Part shown: one piece after another, positions 7,230-14,359 of the stretch
Layout of the letters: the number at the start of each line of letters is the position of its first letter
Position numbering within the stretch: position 1 is the stretch's first letter
From: Desulfotruncus arcticus DSM 17038
GTDB lineage: Bacteria > Bacillota > Desulfotomaculia > Desulfotomaculales > Desulfallaceae
NCBI RefSeq assembly: GCF_900113335.1
Contig: NZ_FOOX01000023.1
Coordinates: 1-24,000, forward strand
DNA length: 24,000 nt
Reading direction: 5' to 3'
Made by a program: the position numbers and the translations under genes
The notes under the pieces: model-generated
Seen by the model: only the letters and a program-made list of their open reading frames with translations
Databases searched by the model: none
What the model was told of the DNA's origin: nothing

Positions 7230-8086
7230 TGCTCAGACTCCCTTTGCAAACGGGTTAAGAACGTATTCAAACCCAGTATCCTTTGCAAATTCCCACCCAA
7301 TATGCTGCGTTTTTCCTCTTCGGAAAGCGGCAAATCATGAACCCTGGCAATGGCGTTTTTTAAATTATCTATGCCGTAGGGCGTATCTGTTCCCATCAAG
7401 ATTTTTTCGGCGCCGAATTTTTCTATGGCAATCAACAGTTTCTTTTGAGGAATGAGCTGCCCTCCGGACATATCAAAATATACGTTCTTATTCTGCAGTT
7501 CGGCTTGGGAAAATACCTCCATCCCAATCATATGAGCAATAATGAAGCAAGCATCCGAGTGTCGGTTAACCAGCCGCACCATATCCAGCGCATCTTGCCG
7601 GGACGCAAGGTGGATAAAAACAGGCAGCCCTTTGTTTTCCGCCCACTTGATGATTGGCCCGATGTTTTCGTTTTGAAGACTGAATTTGTGCCAGCATTGA
7701 TGAAGCTTTATTCCTTTGAAATTCCACAAGGCATATTTATCCTCGATTTTATCAACCACATTTTTGTCATTCGGGTTAACCCAAAAAAACTGAAAGATTC
7801 TCTGCGGAGCTTGCCTGACCAGGCTGAAAACATACCCGTTACCTTCATCAATCTGTTTTGCCGCACTCGTCAAGGCGATAATCATTTTGGTCAGCCTGTT
7901 GATAACATAAATAAAGTCTTTATTCGGATACTTTAGATAAAGATCAGGCAATTTATAGCCTTTATCCTTATTAAGCTCTCCGGGGCAAAGAACCACGGCA
8001 TCCGTTGAATTTTCATTAAGTTTTTTAAGTATACCGGCGACGGTTAAGTATTCGCCGCAGGCATGAGCGTGACCATCAATGATCAA
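7226..8086 (-). CDS. Amidohydrolase-family (TIM-barrel metal-dependent hydrolase) protein
   Basis: The N-terminal 'IIDGHAHA' HxH metal motif, the ~286-aa size, and later His and Asp ('IIAHMIG', 'GTDTPY') fit amidohydrolase-2-like proteins. RBS AGGAGAG precedes a TTG start. Confidence 0.75.
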   Translation of the reverse strand: MIIDGHAHACGEYLTVAGILKKLNENSTDAVVLCPGELNKDKGYKLPDLYLKYPNKDFIYVINRLTKMIIALTSAAKQIDEGNGYVFSLVRQAPQRIFQFFWVNPNDKNVVDKIEDKYALWNFKGIKLHQCWHKFSLQNENIGPIIKWAENKGLPVFIHLASRQDALDMVRLVNRHSDACFIIAHMIGMEVFSQAELQNKNVYFDMSGGQLIPQKKLLIAIEKFGAEKILMGTDTPYGIDNLKNAIARVHDLPLSEEEKRSILGGNLQRILGLNTFLTRLQRESEQ

Positions 8087-8723
8087 AACTTTTCTCTCCT
8101 TTTATATCCCCAATGCAGCCCTTGACGAAAATCTTGCCAAAAGTGGCCTTCATCATCAACTCCAGCGCTTCGTGACCTGACTCGCCAACCATGTTTTGAT
8201 TGATGTATATCAAGAAAAAGCTCATCAAGCTTGCCTCAAAAACCGTTGCAGGCACCGTTAGACTATAACCCTTTTGTCCGGCCGCCTGTATAAAATCCGT
8301 CACCCTGTTTTGGTTTCGCCGGGTACTGCGTTCTTTTTGCTGCTCGCTGCTTTTCGACCAGATTTCCTGAATCAATTGCGGATCGTTGACGATTAACAGT
8401 AAGGGTTCGTTTTGCATAAAGCCCAATGACTTCAGAACCGTATGTTTCATCGCCTCCGGAAATTCGTATTCAGCCAGAAACGTATGCAAGTTATTCATTT
8501 CTTCTTTATGAATTTCTGTTTCAATATCCAGGACGATGTCAAATACCATCGATTCCTTTGACGGATAAAAATTATAAAAAGAGCCTTTCGCTATCCCGAC
8601 TTTTTCTACAATTTTATCAACGCTGGTTTTCTTGACTCCGTATTTTTCAAGCAATACCTTGCCTTCATGGAGCAGCTTCTTCTTTATCGTCTGTTTTTCA
8701 GTTTCAGAAAAATGTCTTGCCAT
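8076..8723 (-). CDS. TetR/AcrR family transcriptional regulator
   Basis: The N-terminal HTH 'KKTSVDKIVEKVGIAKGSFYNFYPSKESM' is a typical TetR signature. Size is 215 aa. Confidence 0.9.
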   Translation of the reverse strand: MARHFSETEKQTIKKKLLHEGKVLLEKYGVKKTSVDKIVEKVGIAKGSFYNFYPSKESMVFDIVLDIETEIHKEEMNNLHTFLAEYEFPEAMKHTVLKSLGFMQNEPLLLIVNDPQLIQEIWSKSSEQQKERSTRRNQNRVTDFIQAAGQKGYSLTVPATVFEASLMSFFLIYINQNMVGESGHEALELMMKATFGKIFVKGCIGDIKGEKSFDH

Positions 8724-8737
8724 ATCACCGCTCCAGT

Positions 8738-8791
8738 CAATGACTAATTATTAATTATAGTCATTGTAACGCAACTTCAAATTTCTGTCAA
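8738..8791 (-). promoter_or_regulatory. Promoter plus palindromic operator of the tetR operon
   Basis: Minus strand reads TTGACA (8791-8786), a 17-nt spacer, then TACAAT (8768-8763). A perfect inverted repeat, CAATGACTA (8738-8746) - N11 - TAGTCATTG (8758-8766), overlaps the -10 box and the transcription start. Confidence 0.7.
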
Positions 8792-9070
8792 ATGTTAACT
8801 TCTATTTGTCATAGGCCACCATCAAAGGGAATAAGTAAAACAAAGGAAGCGGAAAAATAAAGGTTTCTGCTTCCTTTGATGTCAGCCTATGAAAGCTCAC
8901 CGGCAATTGATGGGCTTTTATAGACAGTCAAGCATGAAAGGCCGCATGGGGAACGCAGAAGGGGGACACGCTCCCCATGCAGTCCTATTATCTATTATGT
9001 TGAGTTACCCTGAATGCGGGATTTTGGTTGTGAACTTCATTTTCAGTCTGCGGCGCAATTCAGTTAATCC

Positions 9071-9195
9071 TTACCATGCCGCCGGATAATTGGAGAAGTA
9101 CAGCAAGGGGTCAGCCCTGGTGCCTCCGGCATAAACCTCAAAGTGCAAATGCGGACCCGTGGACATTCACATGCTGCCCACGAAACCGATAGGAA
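9071..9195 (-). pseudogene. C-terminal remnant of an M23 peptidase domain (ICE cell-wall hydrolase)
   Basis: The frame reads 'PIGFVGSM*MSTGPHLHFEVYAGGTRADPLLYFSNYPAAW*'. This is the M23 'GxxGxSTGPHLHFE' motif with an internal TGA and no N-terminal part. Confidence 0.7.
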
Positions 9196-9682
9196 AAGTG
9201 GGTGATCAGGTCGGTGCCGATGCGGGAAAAGTAGCTCCGCGCTTCCTCGATATTCTTTTTCGCTACCGACACGGTCACGTATTTGTCCTGCACGATGCTG
9301 TTCGCGCCGGTGGCCTTATCCAAAAGCATCCGGTTGTATTCCCTGCGGTATTCGTCCAGCCCGCCCTCCCGGAAAGGAATCAGAATGGAGCTTTCAAAGT
9401 CCGTCTTATTCAGGCAGCGGTTGTTTATCGTGACCTTGGTGGTCGCCCCGCTGTCAAAGGAATTCAAAAGCTCCGAATAGGAGAGAAACATGGCTTCCTT
9501 GTCCTCCTTGGAGGCCACGGCGTAATTGATGTCCGCAAAGCGGAAGTCCGGGAAAACTTGTTGCCTACCTGAAAAATCCCCTCCCGCCAGATGGCGCGGA
9601 TGGGGATGGCCTGCTGTACGCCCTTGGGGACGACGAACCGTTCCTTGTCCTGCTTCACGATTTTTTGCAGAGTTTTAATCAT
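9190..9682 (-). pseudogene. VirB4/TcpF-type conjugative ATPase, N-terminal ~165 codons only, frameshifted
   Basis: 'MIKTLQKIVKQDKERFVVPKGVQQAIPIRAIWREGIFQVGNKFS' is followed, after a 1-nt frameshift near 9555, by 'FRFADINYAVASKEDKEAMFLSYSELLNSFDSGATTKVTINNR...IGTDLITHF'. Homology ends around 9195, where M23 sequence begins. No Walker motifs remain. Confidence 0.7.
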
Positions 9683-10033
9683 GGCGCTTCCATGCCTCCT
9701 TTTCGCCAGGGCGGGCTTCAGGGCTTCGTAAGAGATGTGGGTAGGTTGAAAGGTCAGGCGCTTGGGCAGGAAAAACTCCGACTTGATGTAGGCCCACAAA
9801 AACTGCTCCGCCGTCATGCTGTGGTATTGAATAAAACCGAGGGCCGCGAAGGGGGCGGCCCCCAGAATGCACATCCAGCTTACGGTTTCCGTGCCAAAGA
9901 AGCTCCGCAGGCCGAAGTAGATGCCGATGGCCACGACAACGGCCAGAACAGAAAAAATGAACTGCCGCATGGACAGTCCAAAAAACAAGCTCCCTGTATA
10001 ATCCCGGATTTCCCGGTTGATCTTGACTTCCAA
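9683..10033 (-). CDS. PrgI/TcpE-family conjugation membrane protein (no stop before the VirB4 remnant)
   Basis: RBS GGAGGTGA precedes a TTG start at 10033. 'EVKINREIRDYTGSLFFGLSMRQF' is followed by two hydrophobic helices. The frame runs straight into the VirB4 start at 9682. Confidence 0.6.
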
Positions 10034-10094
10034 AATATCATCACCTCCACAAAAAATAGCGCCTCTTTCACGAAGCGCCAGCAGACCGGTTGCC

Positions 10095-10292
10095 TTATCG
10101 TGCCCGCTGTTTTTTCCTGTTTCGTTTCTCCTCCTTGATTACCTTGACTACCAATTCGTCAACCTTGCGGTTCTGTGTCATAAATGCCTCATCCTGGGTG
10201 AGGGGGATGCCGTTTTTCAAGGCTTCCTCTCCAAGTTTGCGCAGTATTTCCTGCTCTTTCTCCAGCTTTTCATTGAGAGACTCCTTTTTCAT
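10095..10292 (-). CDS. Small coiled-coil protein, Spo0E-like (possible aspartyl-phosphate phosphatase)
   Basis: The 65-aa ORF has RBS AAAGGAG. 'LRKLGEEALKNGIPLTQDEAFMTQNRKVDELVVKV' resembles the Spo0E family layout, including the 'SQELDxLI'-like segment. The assignment is from memory only. Confidence 0.35.
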   Translation of the reverse strand: MKKESLNEKLEKEQEILRKLGEEALKNGIPLTQDEAFMTQNRKVDELVVKVIKEEKRNRKKQRAR

Positions 10293-10427
10293 GGCCGAAA
10301 TCTCCTTTGCCTGATTTTAAGCCGGATAAAAATGGGGTGTTTTCCCTCACCTATAATGCTGCTTGATGTGCCTGTATTCCGTGAAACAATAAATTTCTGC
10401 CTCATCTTTATGTCAGACTCCTTTCAA

Positions 10428-10475
10428 TTTTACTGCGAATATCGACTTATTTTTTATTTTACTGCGATATTCGCA
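10428..10475. promoter_or_regulatory. Two direct TTTTACTGCGA(A)TAT(T)CG repeats with internal palindromes (candidate XRE operators)
   Basis: Repeats lie at 10428-10445 and 10457-10475, and the second contains TGCGA-TAT-TCGCA. They sit in the divergent intergenic region between 10095-10292 (-) and the XRE gene at 10534 (+). Confidence 0.45.
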
Positions 10476-10533
10476 TTAAAACCATCGCGCCCTCACCTAA
10501 AATTGATGGCAAGAACAGTGAGGTGCGAAGGTT

Positions 10534-10782
10534 ATGAAACCACGAAAGAACCCGCCCGGCAACAAAAACATGATCGGAGCCAAGGTTGTTGCCCTTCGGA
10601 AGGCAAGGAAAATAAAGCAGAAGGATTTTCTGGCGAAACTGCAAACCGTGGGCTTGGATATCAGCCCAACGAGTCTTTCCCGCCTTGAAGGACAATACCG
10701 TCTGGTCCAGGATTATGAGATCGTTGCGATTGCGAAAGCATTGGATATTTCTGTTGAAGAATTGTTAGGGAAAAAGCGGTAA
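10534..10782 (+). CDS. XRE family helix-turn-helix transcriptional regulator
   Basis: 'IGAKVVALRKARKIKQKDFLAKLQTVGLDISPTSLSRLEGQ' is a classic Cro/C1-type HTH. The start could instead be the internal ATG at 10570. Confidence 0.8.
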   Translation: MKPRKNPPGNKNMIGAKVVALRKARKIKQKDFLAKLQTVGLDISPTSLSRLEGQYRLVQDYEIVAIAKALDISVEELLGKKR

Positions 10783-11041
10783 AAGCGTACAGTACACCAA
10801 AATAATCCGTTTGCAGCTTTCCTTGTTACGCCATAATAAGCGTTAGACAAGGAAGGTTTGTTTTGTTGTACGAATGATTTAAGGCAATATACCCCATCAT
10901 TTTCCAAAATTCAAACATTATCTACTAAATATCAGTTAAAAACTAATAAAAATTATACGTTCACAGCTCATTAAAGTCAATTAAAAACCTCCGCATAATA
11001 GTAGCTATAAACTCACATTCTACTATGATGGGGGTATAGCT

Positions 11042-11374
11042 GTGGACGATTATGATAAAATTTTTGTAGGTGAACGTATTCGACAGCAAAGAAAGGCTTT
11101 AGGGCTTACAGTAGATGAAATGGCCGAGCGTATTGGGCGTGTTCCTAAATTCTATGCCGATATCGAACGGGGACAGGCGGGGATGTCGATTGGCACGATG
11201 CTGAAAATCTGCTCCCAATTGAAAATATCTCTGGATTACATGCTGCTTGGAAAATCAAACTGTGACCGCTCAAATGAAACGGAGCTAATATTATCAGCCC
11301 TGAACCAATGCACGGAGAGGCAGCGGAAGGACGCTTATGCACTTCTGAAATTATTTCTCACTGCAACTCAGTAA
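11042..11374 (+). CDS. XRE family helix-turn-helix transcriptional regulator
   Basis: 'VGERIRQQRKALGLTVDEMAERIGRVPKFYADIERGQAGMSIGTMLKICSQLKISLDYMLLG' is an HTH_3-type motif. GTG start. Confidence 0.8.
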   Translation: MDDYDKIFVGERIRQQRKALGLTVDEMAERIGRVPKFYADIERGQAGMSIGTMLKICSQLKISLDYMLLGKSNCDRSNETELILSALNQCTERQRKDAYALLKLFLTATQ

Positions 11375-11469
11375 ACAAATTTAAAACGCATACATACGTC
11401 CTACCGACAGCCTTCCATTTCTTTCTTGATGCGCGATAATATAAGCGTGGGAAAGGGTTTATTTGTGCT

Positions 11470-11570
11470 GTACGCATCCATATTCATCTTCCTGCTTGGG
11501 ATACCGCTGTTATAGGCTCTTTTTGTGGCCATCCTCCTCCCGGATTTCCCGGCTGATCTTAACTTCCAAA
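11470..11570 (-). pseudogene. Second, degenerate 5' fragment of a prgI/tcpE-like gene
   Basis: 11539-11570 matches 10003-10034 at 30 of 32 nt. The minus strand reads 'LEVKISREIRE', against 'MEVKINREIRD' in the first copy, and the reading frame then degenerates. Confidence 0.6.
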
Positions 11571-11834
11571 TTACAAAACCCCGCTCTTATTTATATATTT
11601 GCGCCGCGTGATATAATGGAAATATACGGACTATGTGGAAAGGAGTGACCATTATACCAGCCGCGGCCTTTATTTCTCTTTGCCTTACGGTGGGATAGCT
11701 CATTCTTTCTTTCATATTCAAAGCAGCAGGAAAGCTCCGGCTGATGATTCCCGTCCTTTGCTTCCTGCTTTTCAGCACCGTGCTGAACAAGTGGGCGTGG
11801 AACATGAGACTTAGCGTATATCATCCTTTTCTCG

Positions 11835-12065
11835 TTGCTCGGCCTGACCGTGTTAAGCTGGATTGTGTCTCTTATAAAGGCGATACGGCGCAAACGGGAC
11901 GAGAAATACTTTGAAGGTGACGTCGCGTGGCAGATCCGGCGGGCCAGAGAAATGGGCGTACCGCTTGACAAAGTTCAATTTAACGCGCAGGGGGATTTGC
12001 TTGACCCCAGAACAGGGGAACCTGTTGTTTACGGGGATGGCGTTCAGTTCAAGGACATGTGGTGA
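11835..12065 (+). CDS. Small membrane-anchored hypothetical protein (possibly the 3' part of a frameshifted larger gene)
   Basis: The 76-aa ORF has a TTG start and N-terminal helix 'LGLTVLSWIVSLI'. A strong intrinsic terminator follows immediately. Upstream frames (11699-11830) encode further hydrophobic helices, suggesting frameshifts. Confidence 0.45.
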   Translation: MLGLTVLSWIVSLIKAIRRKRDEKYFEGDVAWQIRRAREMGVPLDKVQFNAQGDLLDPRTGEPVVYGDGVQFKDMW

Positions 12066-12099
12066 GGATACCGGATTTTCATTTTCCGGTATCCTTTTT
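12066..12099 (+). terminator. Rho-independent terminator
   Basis: A perfect 10-bp stem, GGATACCGGA (12066-12075) / TCCGGTATCC (12085-12094), has a 9-nt loop and is followed by TTTTT (12095-12099). Confidence 0.85.
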
Positions 12100-12316
12100 G
12101 TGCGCACGTTGTGCGCTTCATATATATTTCGCAGAAATCATCGCTCCTGCGTTGCGATGTAAGACAACCGACTTACCTTATGCGCAAGCCTCTGGGGGAC
12201 AATAGCATGTCGGTAAAGTCAGGATTAGACAGCAAATGCTGTCGAGTAGCCTGGCGAGTCAGGCCATATATGGTAAAAACTCATCGAAAGACTGGAAGGT
12301 TACCGCCGTCGGAACA

Positions 12317-13599
12317 ATGCCGACCATTGACCATTGCTATGTCAACGGTGACCTCTACCGGTTGTTCTACAACAGAGACTTGTACATCATAGCCTATAAT
12401 TCCGTAAAGTCCAACGACGGCGCGGAGACCTCCGGCGACATGCAGCACATTTACCATGGAACCAAAACCGGAAACGCACAGGGCTCCTGTTGCAGCCCCA
12501 TACTCTGCAATATCTATCTCGATAAGTGGATAGATTTATGGAAAACATTATTGAGATGGACACTACAGGTGACTACCGCAGGCAAAACCCTGACTACGCC
12601 AAGGCAAGATACCAATACAAGAAGGCGGTCAGAAACGGTAGCGACCCCAAAACCGTTAAGCACCTTATGTGCGAAATGGAAAGCCTCCCGTCCTGTGACA
12701 GATACGACCCCAATTTCCGCAGAGTGAAGTATGTGCGATACGCCGACGATTTTCTGATTGGCCTGATTGCTCCCAAGGCCTATGCAGTCGACCTGAAACA
12801 GAAAATCAAGGAGTTCTGCGAAAAACGAGCTCTGCCTGAGGTTGAGCGACGAGAAAACCAAAATCACACATGCCGCAGATAATGATGTGTCCTTTCTCGG
12901 ATTTATCATCCGCAAGGGCACCGGCAAACACAGCAAATTTCAAAGCACCCTTTTGACCCAGCCATCCGTATCTGCATGAATACGGATGGCATCCTGAAAA
13001 AGCTACGTGAAAACGGTATGTGTACAGGTAATGGTTACCCCATTGGTATCACTCGCTTCCTTAGAGAATCTCCGGAAGAAATCATTAAGTACGGCAACCA
13101 GGTACTCCGTGGACTCCTGACTCAGCAACGCGGCTGCGCCAACTTCTATATGGGTTCGCGCATCCAATACATCGTGCAATTCTCGATAGCTAAAACCCTG
13201 GCGCGCAAATTCGATATCAGCATGAAGAAAGTGTTCGCCCGTTACGGCAGATCTCTCTTGGTCAATTACAAAAATGTCAAAGGTAAAGCCTGCTCAGTCA
13301 GTCTAGCACTGTACAAATCCCTCGCGAGGCAAAAGAATTTCTTCGTTAAAATCACGTCGGCAGTTAAATCATTTTCCCTGCCTAATTACAACTTGCAGGA
13401 CCCGCTTGCCCGTGTCTGCTACATCTGCGGCAATCCGCATTTTCATGTCAGCATGTATCACAGGAAAGCGAAGAAGAAACTCGACCCGATTGTCACTGTC
13501 ATGCTGGCCATCAACCGGCGTCCGATACCGCTATGCGAACATTGCTTTGCCAATGTTGAGGCTAACAGGTTTCAGCTTAACCAGTTGATACGACGATAA
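12317..13599 (+). pseudogene. Group II intron reverse transcriptase/maturase (IEP), multiply frameshifted with an internal deletion
   Basis: Pieces lie in at least four frames:
- 'LYRLFYNRDLYIIAYNSVKSNDGAETSGD' (RT0/1), joined directly to 'GNAQGSCCSPILCNIYLDK' (RT4), so RT2-3 are missing.
- 'VKYVRYADDFLIG' (RT5).
- 'ELCLRLSDEKTKITHAADNDVSFLGFII' (RT6/7).
- Domain X (12976-13380).
- A degenerate HNH-like 'CYICGN...YH...LCEHCF'. Confidence 0.85.
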
Positions 13600-13616
13600 C
13601 TCATTTGGAATATGGA

Positions 13617-13653
13617 GAGCCGTATGCGGTAAAAAAAGTCGCTTGTACGGTTC
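13617..13653 (+). ncRNA. Group II intron domain V
   Basis: GAGCCGTATGCGGT-AAAAAAAG-TCGCTTGTACGGTTC. The AGC triad is present. The 9-bp lower helix (GAGCCGUAU / GUACGGUUC), a 2-nt bulge and a 4-bp upper helix match the domain V consensus. The A-rich loop is atypical, where a GNRA loop is expected. Confidence 0.8.
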
Positions 13654-13701
13654 GGGAAGGGGCGGGTTACTTTGCTAATCCACCTATTTCATCGTATATA
13701 T

Positions 13702-13740
13702 CCACTATAAAATAGAAAGCCTGACAACATATGTCAGGCT
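13702..13740 (-). terminator. Rho-independent terminator of the WYL/UDG-like operon
   Basis: A 9-bp stem, AGCCTGACA (13718-13726) / TGTCAGGCT (13732-13740), is followed on the minus strand by TTCTATTTTAT. Confidence 0.7.
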
Positions 13741-13759
13741 CTCCAGGGAGTTTGCTTCA

Positions 13760-14356
13760 CTATTGCTGAATCATTTTTACCATAACAGAAATATCTTCGG
13801 CGGCCATTTCAAATTTTGACTTCTCAATCAAAATGTTTTGTCCCGTCATAATGTAGGACGGCATGATACGGATACCTTCATGGTAGATTTCACTGTTACG
13901 CAGCTTGTATGTGGACACCCCGGGAACGGCATTCTTCCCTGTTGTCTTTTTACTAATCATGTTAAATGCTTTTTTAGCCACATCTCCCATGAGCATGACA
14001 ACCTTAATATTAGGAAACAGCGACAGCTCTTTTTCAAGAAACGGCAGGCTTTCTTCAATTTGCTCTCTGCTGATTGTATATCCCGCCTTGGGAGCCTTGA
14101 CGGCATTGGTGATATAGACTCCTAAATTCAGAATATCAGATATGGAATTTACATGAATACCCGCTTTCTGAAACAGGGGGATGGCGGTTTCCAAATATGC
14201 CGCGTCATCGGCACCGTAGAAATCCTGCTTTGGATCTGCGGGAACCACCTCGTTAATCATAATTGCCAGAATCTTTTCCGGATCAACATCCACATTGCAA
14301 AATTGCATGTTGCTCTTTTCAAATGGCAAGCTTTCCAGTTCGTTTTTTATGTTCAT
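13760..14356 (-). CDS. Divergent uracil-DNA glycosylase superfamily protein
   Basis: UDG-fold landmarks are in order: 'GVYITNAVKAPK', 'PNIKVVMLMGDVAKKAF', and terminal 'IRIMPSY' where HPS is expected. 'MINEVVP' replaces the GEAPG-type motif A. There is only one Cys, so no 4Fe-4S ligands. RBS AAGGAG lies inside the end of the upstream WYL gene. Confidence 0.65.
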   Translation of the reverse strand: MNIKNELESLPFEKSNMQFCNVDVDPEKILAIMINEVVPADPKQDFYGADDAAYLETAIPLFQKAGIHVNSISDILNLGVYITNAVKAPKAGYTISREQIEESLPFLEKELSLFPNIKVVMLMGDVAKKAFNMISKKTTGKNAVPGVSTYKLRNSEIYHEGIRIMPSYIMTGQNILIEKSKFEMAAEDISVMVKMIQQ

Positions 14357-14359
14357 AAC

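Larger units (their letters stand above)
12100..13687 (+). mobile_element. Degenerate group II intron (LtrA-like lineage)
   Basis: 5' GTGCGC starts at 12100, with a second GTGCGC at 12111. The internal RT/maturase has YADD. Domain V lies at 13617-13653. A domain VI-like helix has bulged A 13682, and the 3' end ...CCTAT falls at about 13687 (+/-5). Only ~217 nt lie between the 5' end and the ORF, too few for domains I-III, so the ribozyme has internal deletions. Confidence 0.8.

Noticed and set aside
8889-9089. 66-aa plus-strand ORF.
   Set aside because: It lies antisense to the tail of the M23 remnant and spans a 9-bp hairpin (GCATGGGGA/TCCCCATGC). It has no RBS.
9665-10688. Plus-strand ORFs of 157 aa and 223 aa.
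   Set aside because: They lie opposite the PrgI/VirB4 and Spo0E-like genes in GC-rich DNA. Their composition is Pro/Arg/Gly- or Leu/Phe/Ser-rich, which is typical of antisense frames.
12514-12936. 140-aa minus-strand ORF.
   Set aside because: It is antisense to the RT5-RT7 region of the intron ORF. No independent support exists.
12100-13687. The reverse transcriptase as a retron, DGR or defence-associated RT (a potential novel system).
   Set aside because: It carries group II hallmarks: an LtrA-like RT0-7 order, YADD, maturase domain X and an HNH-like tail. It is followed by a canonical domain V and preceded by GTGCG. It is also heavily frameshifted, so it is a dead intron rather than a defence RT.
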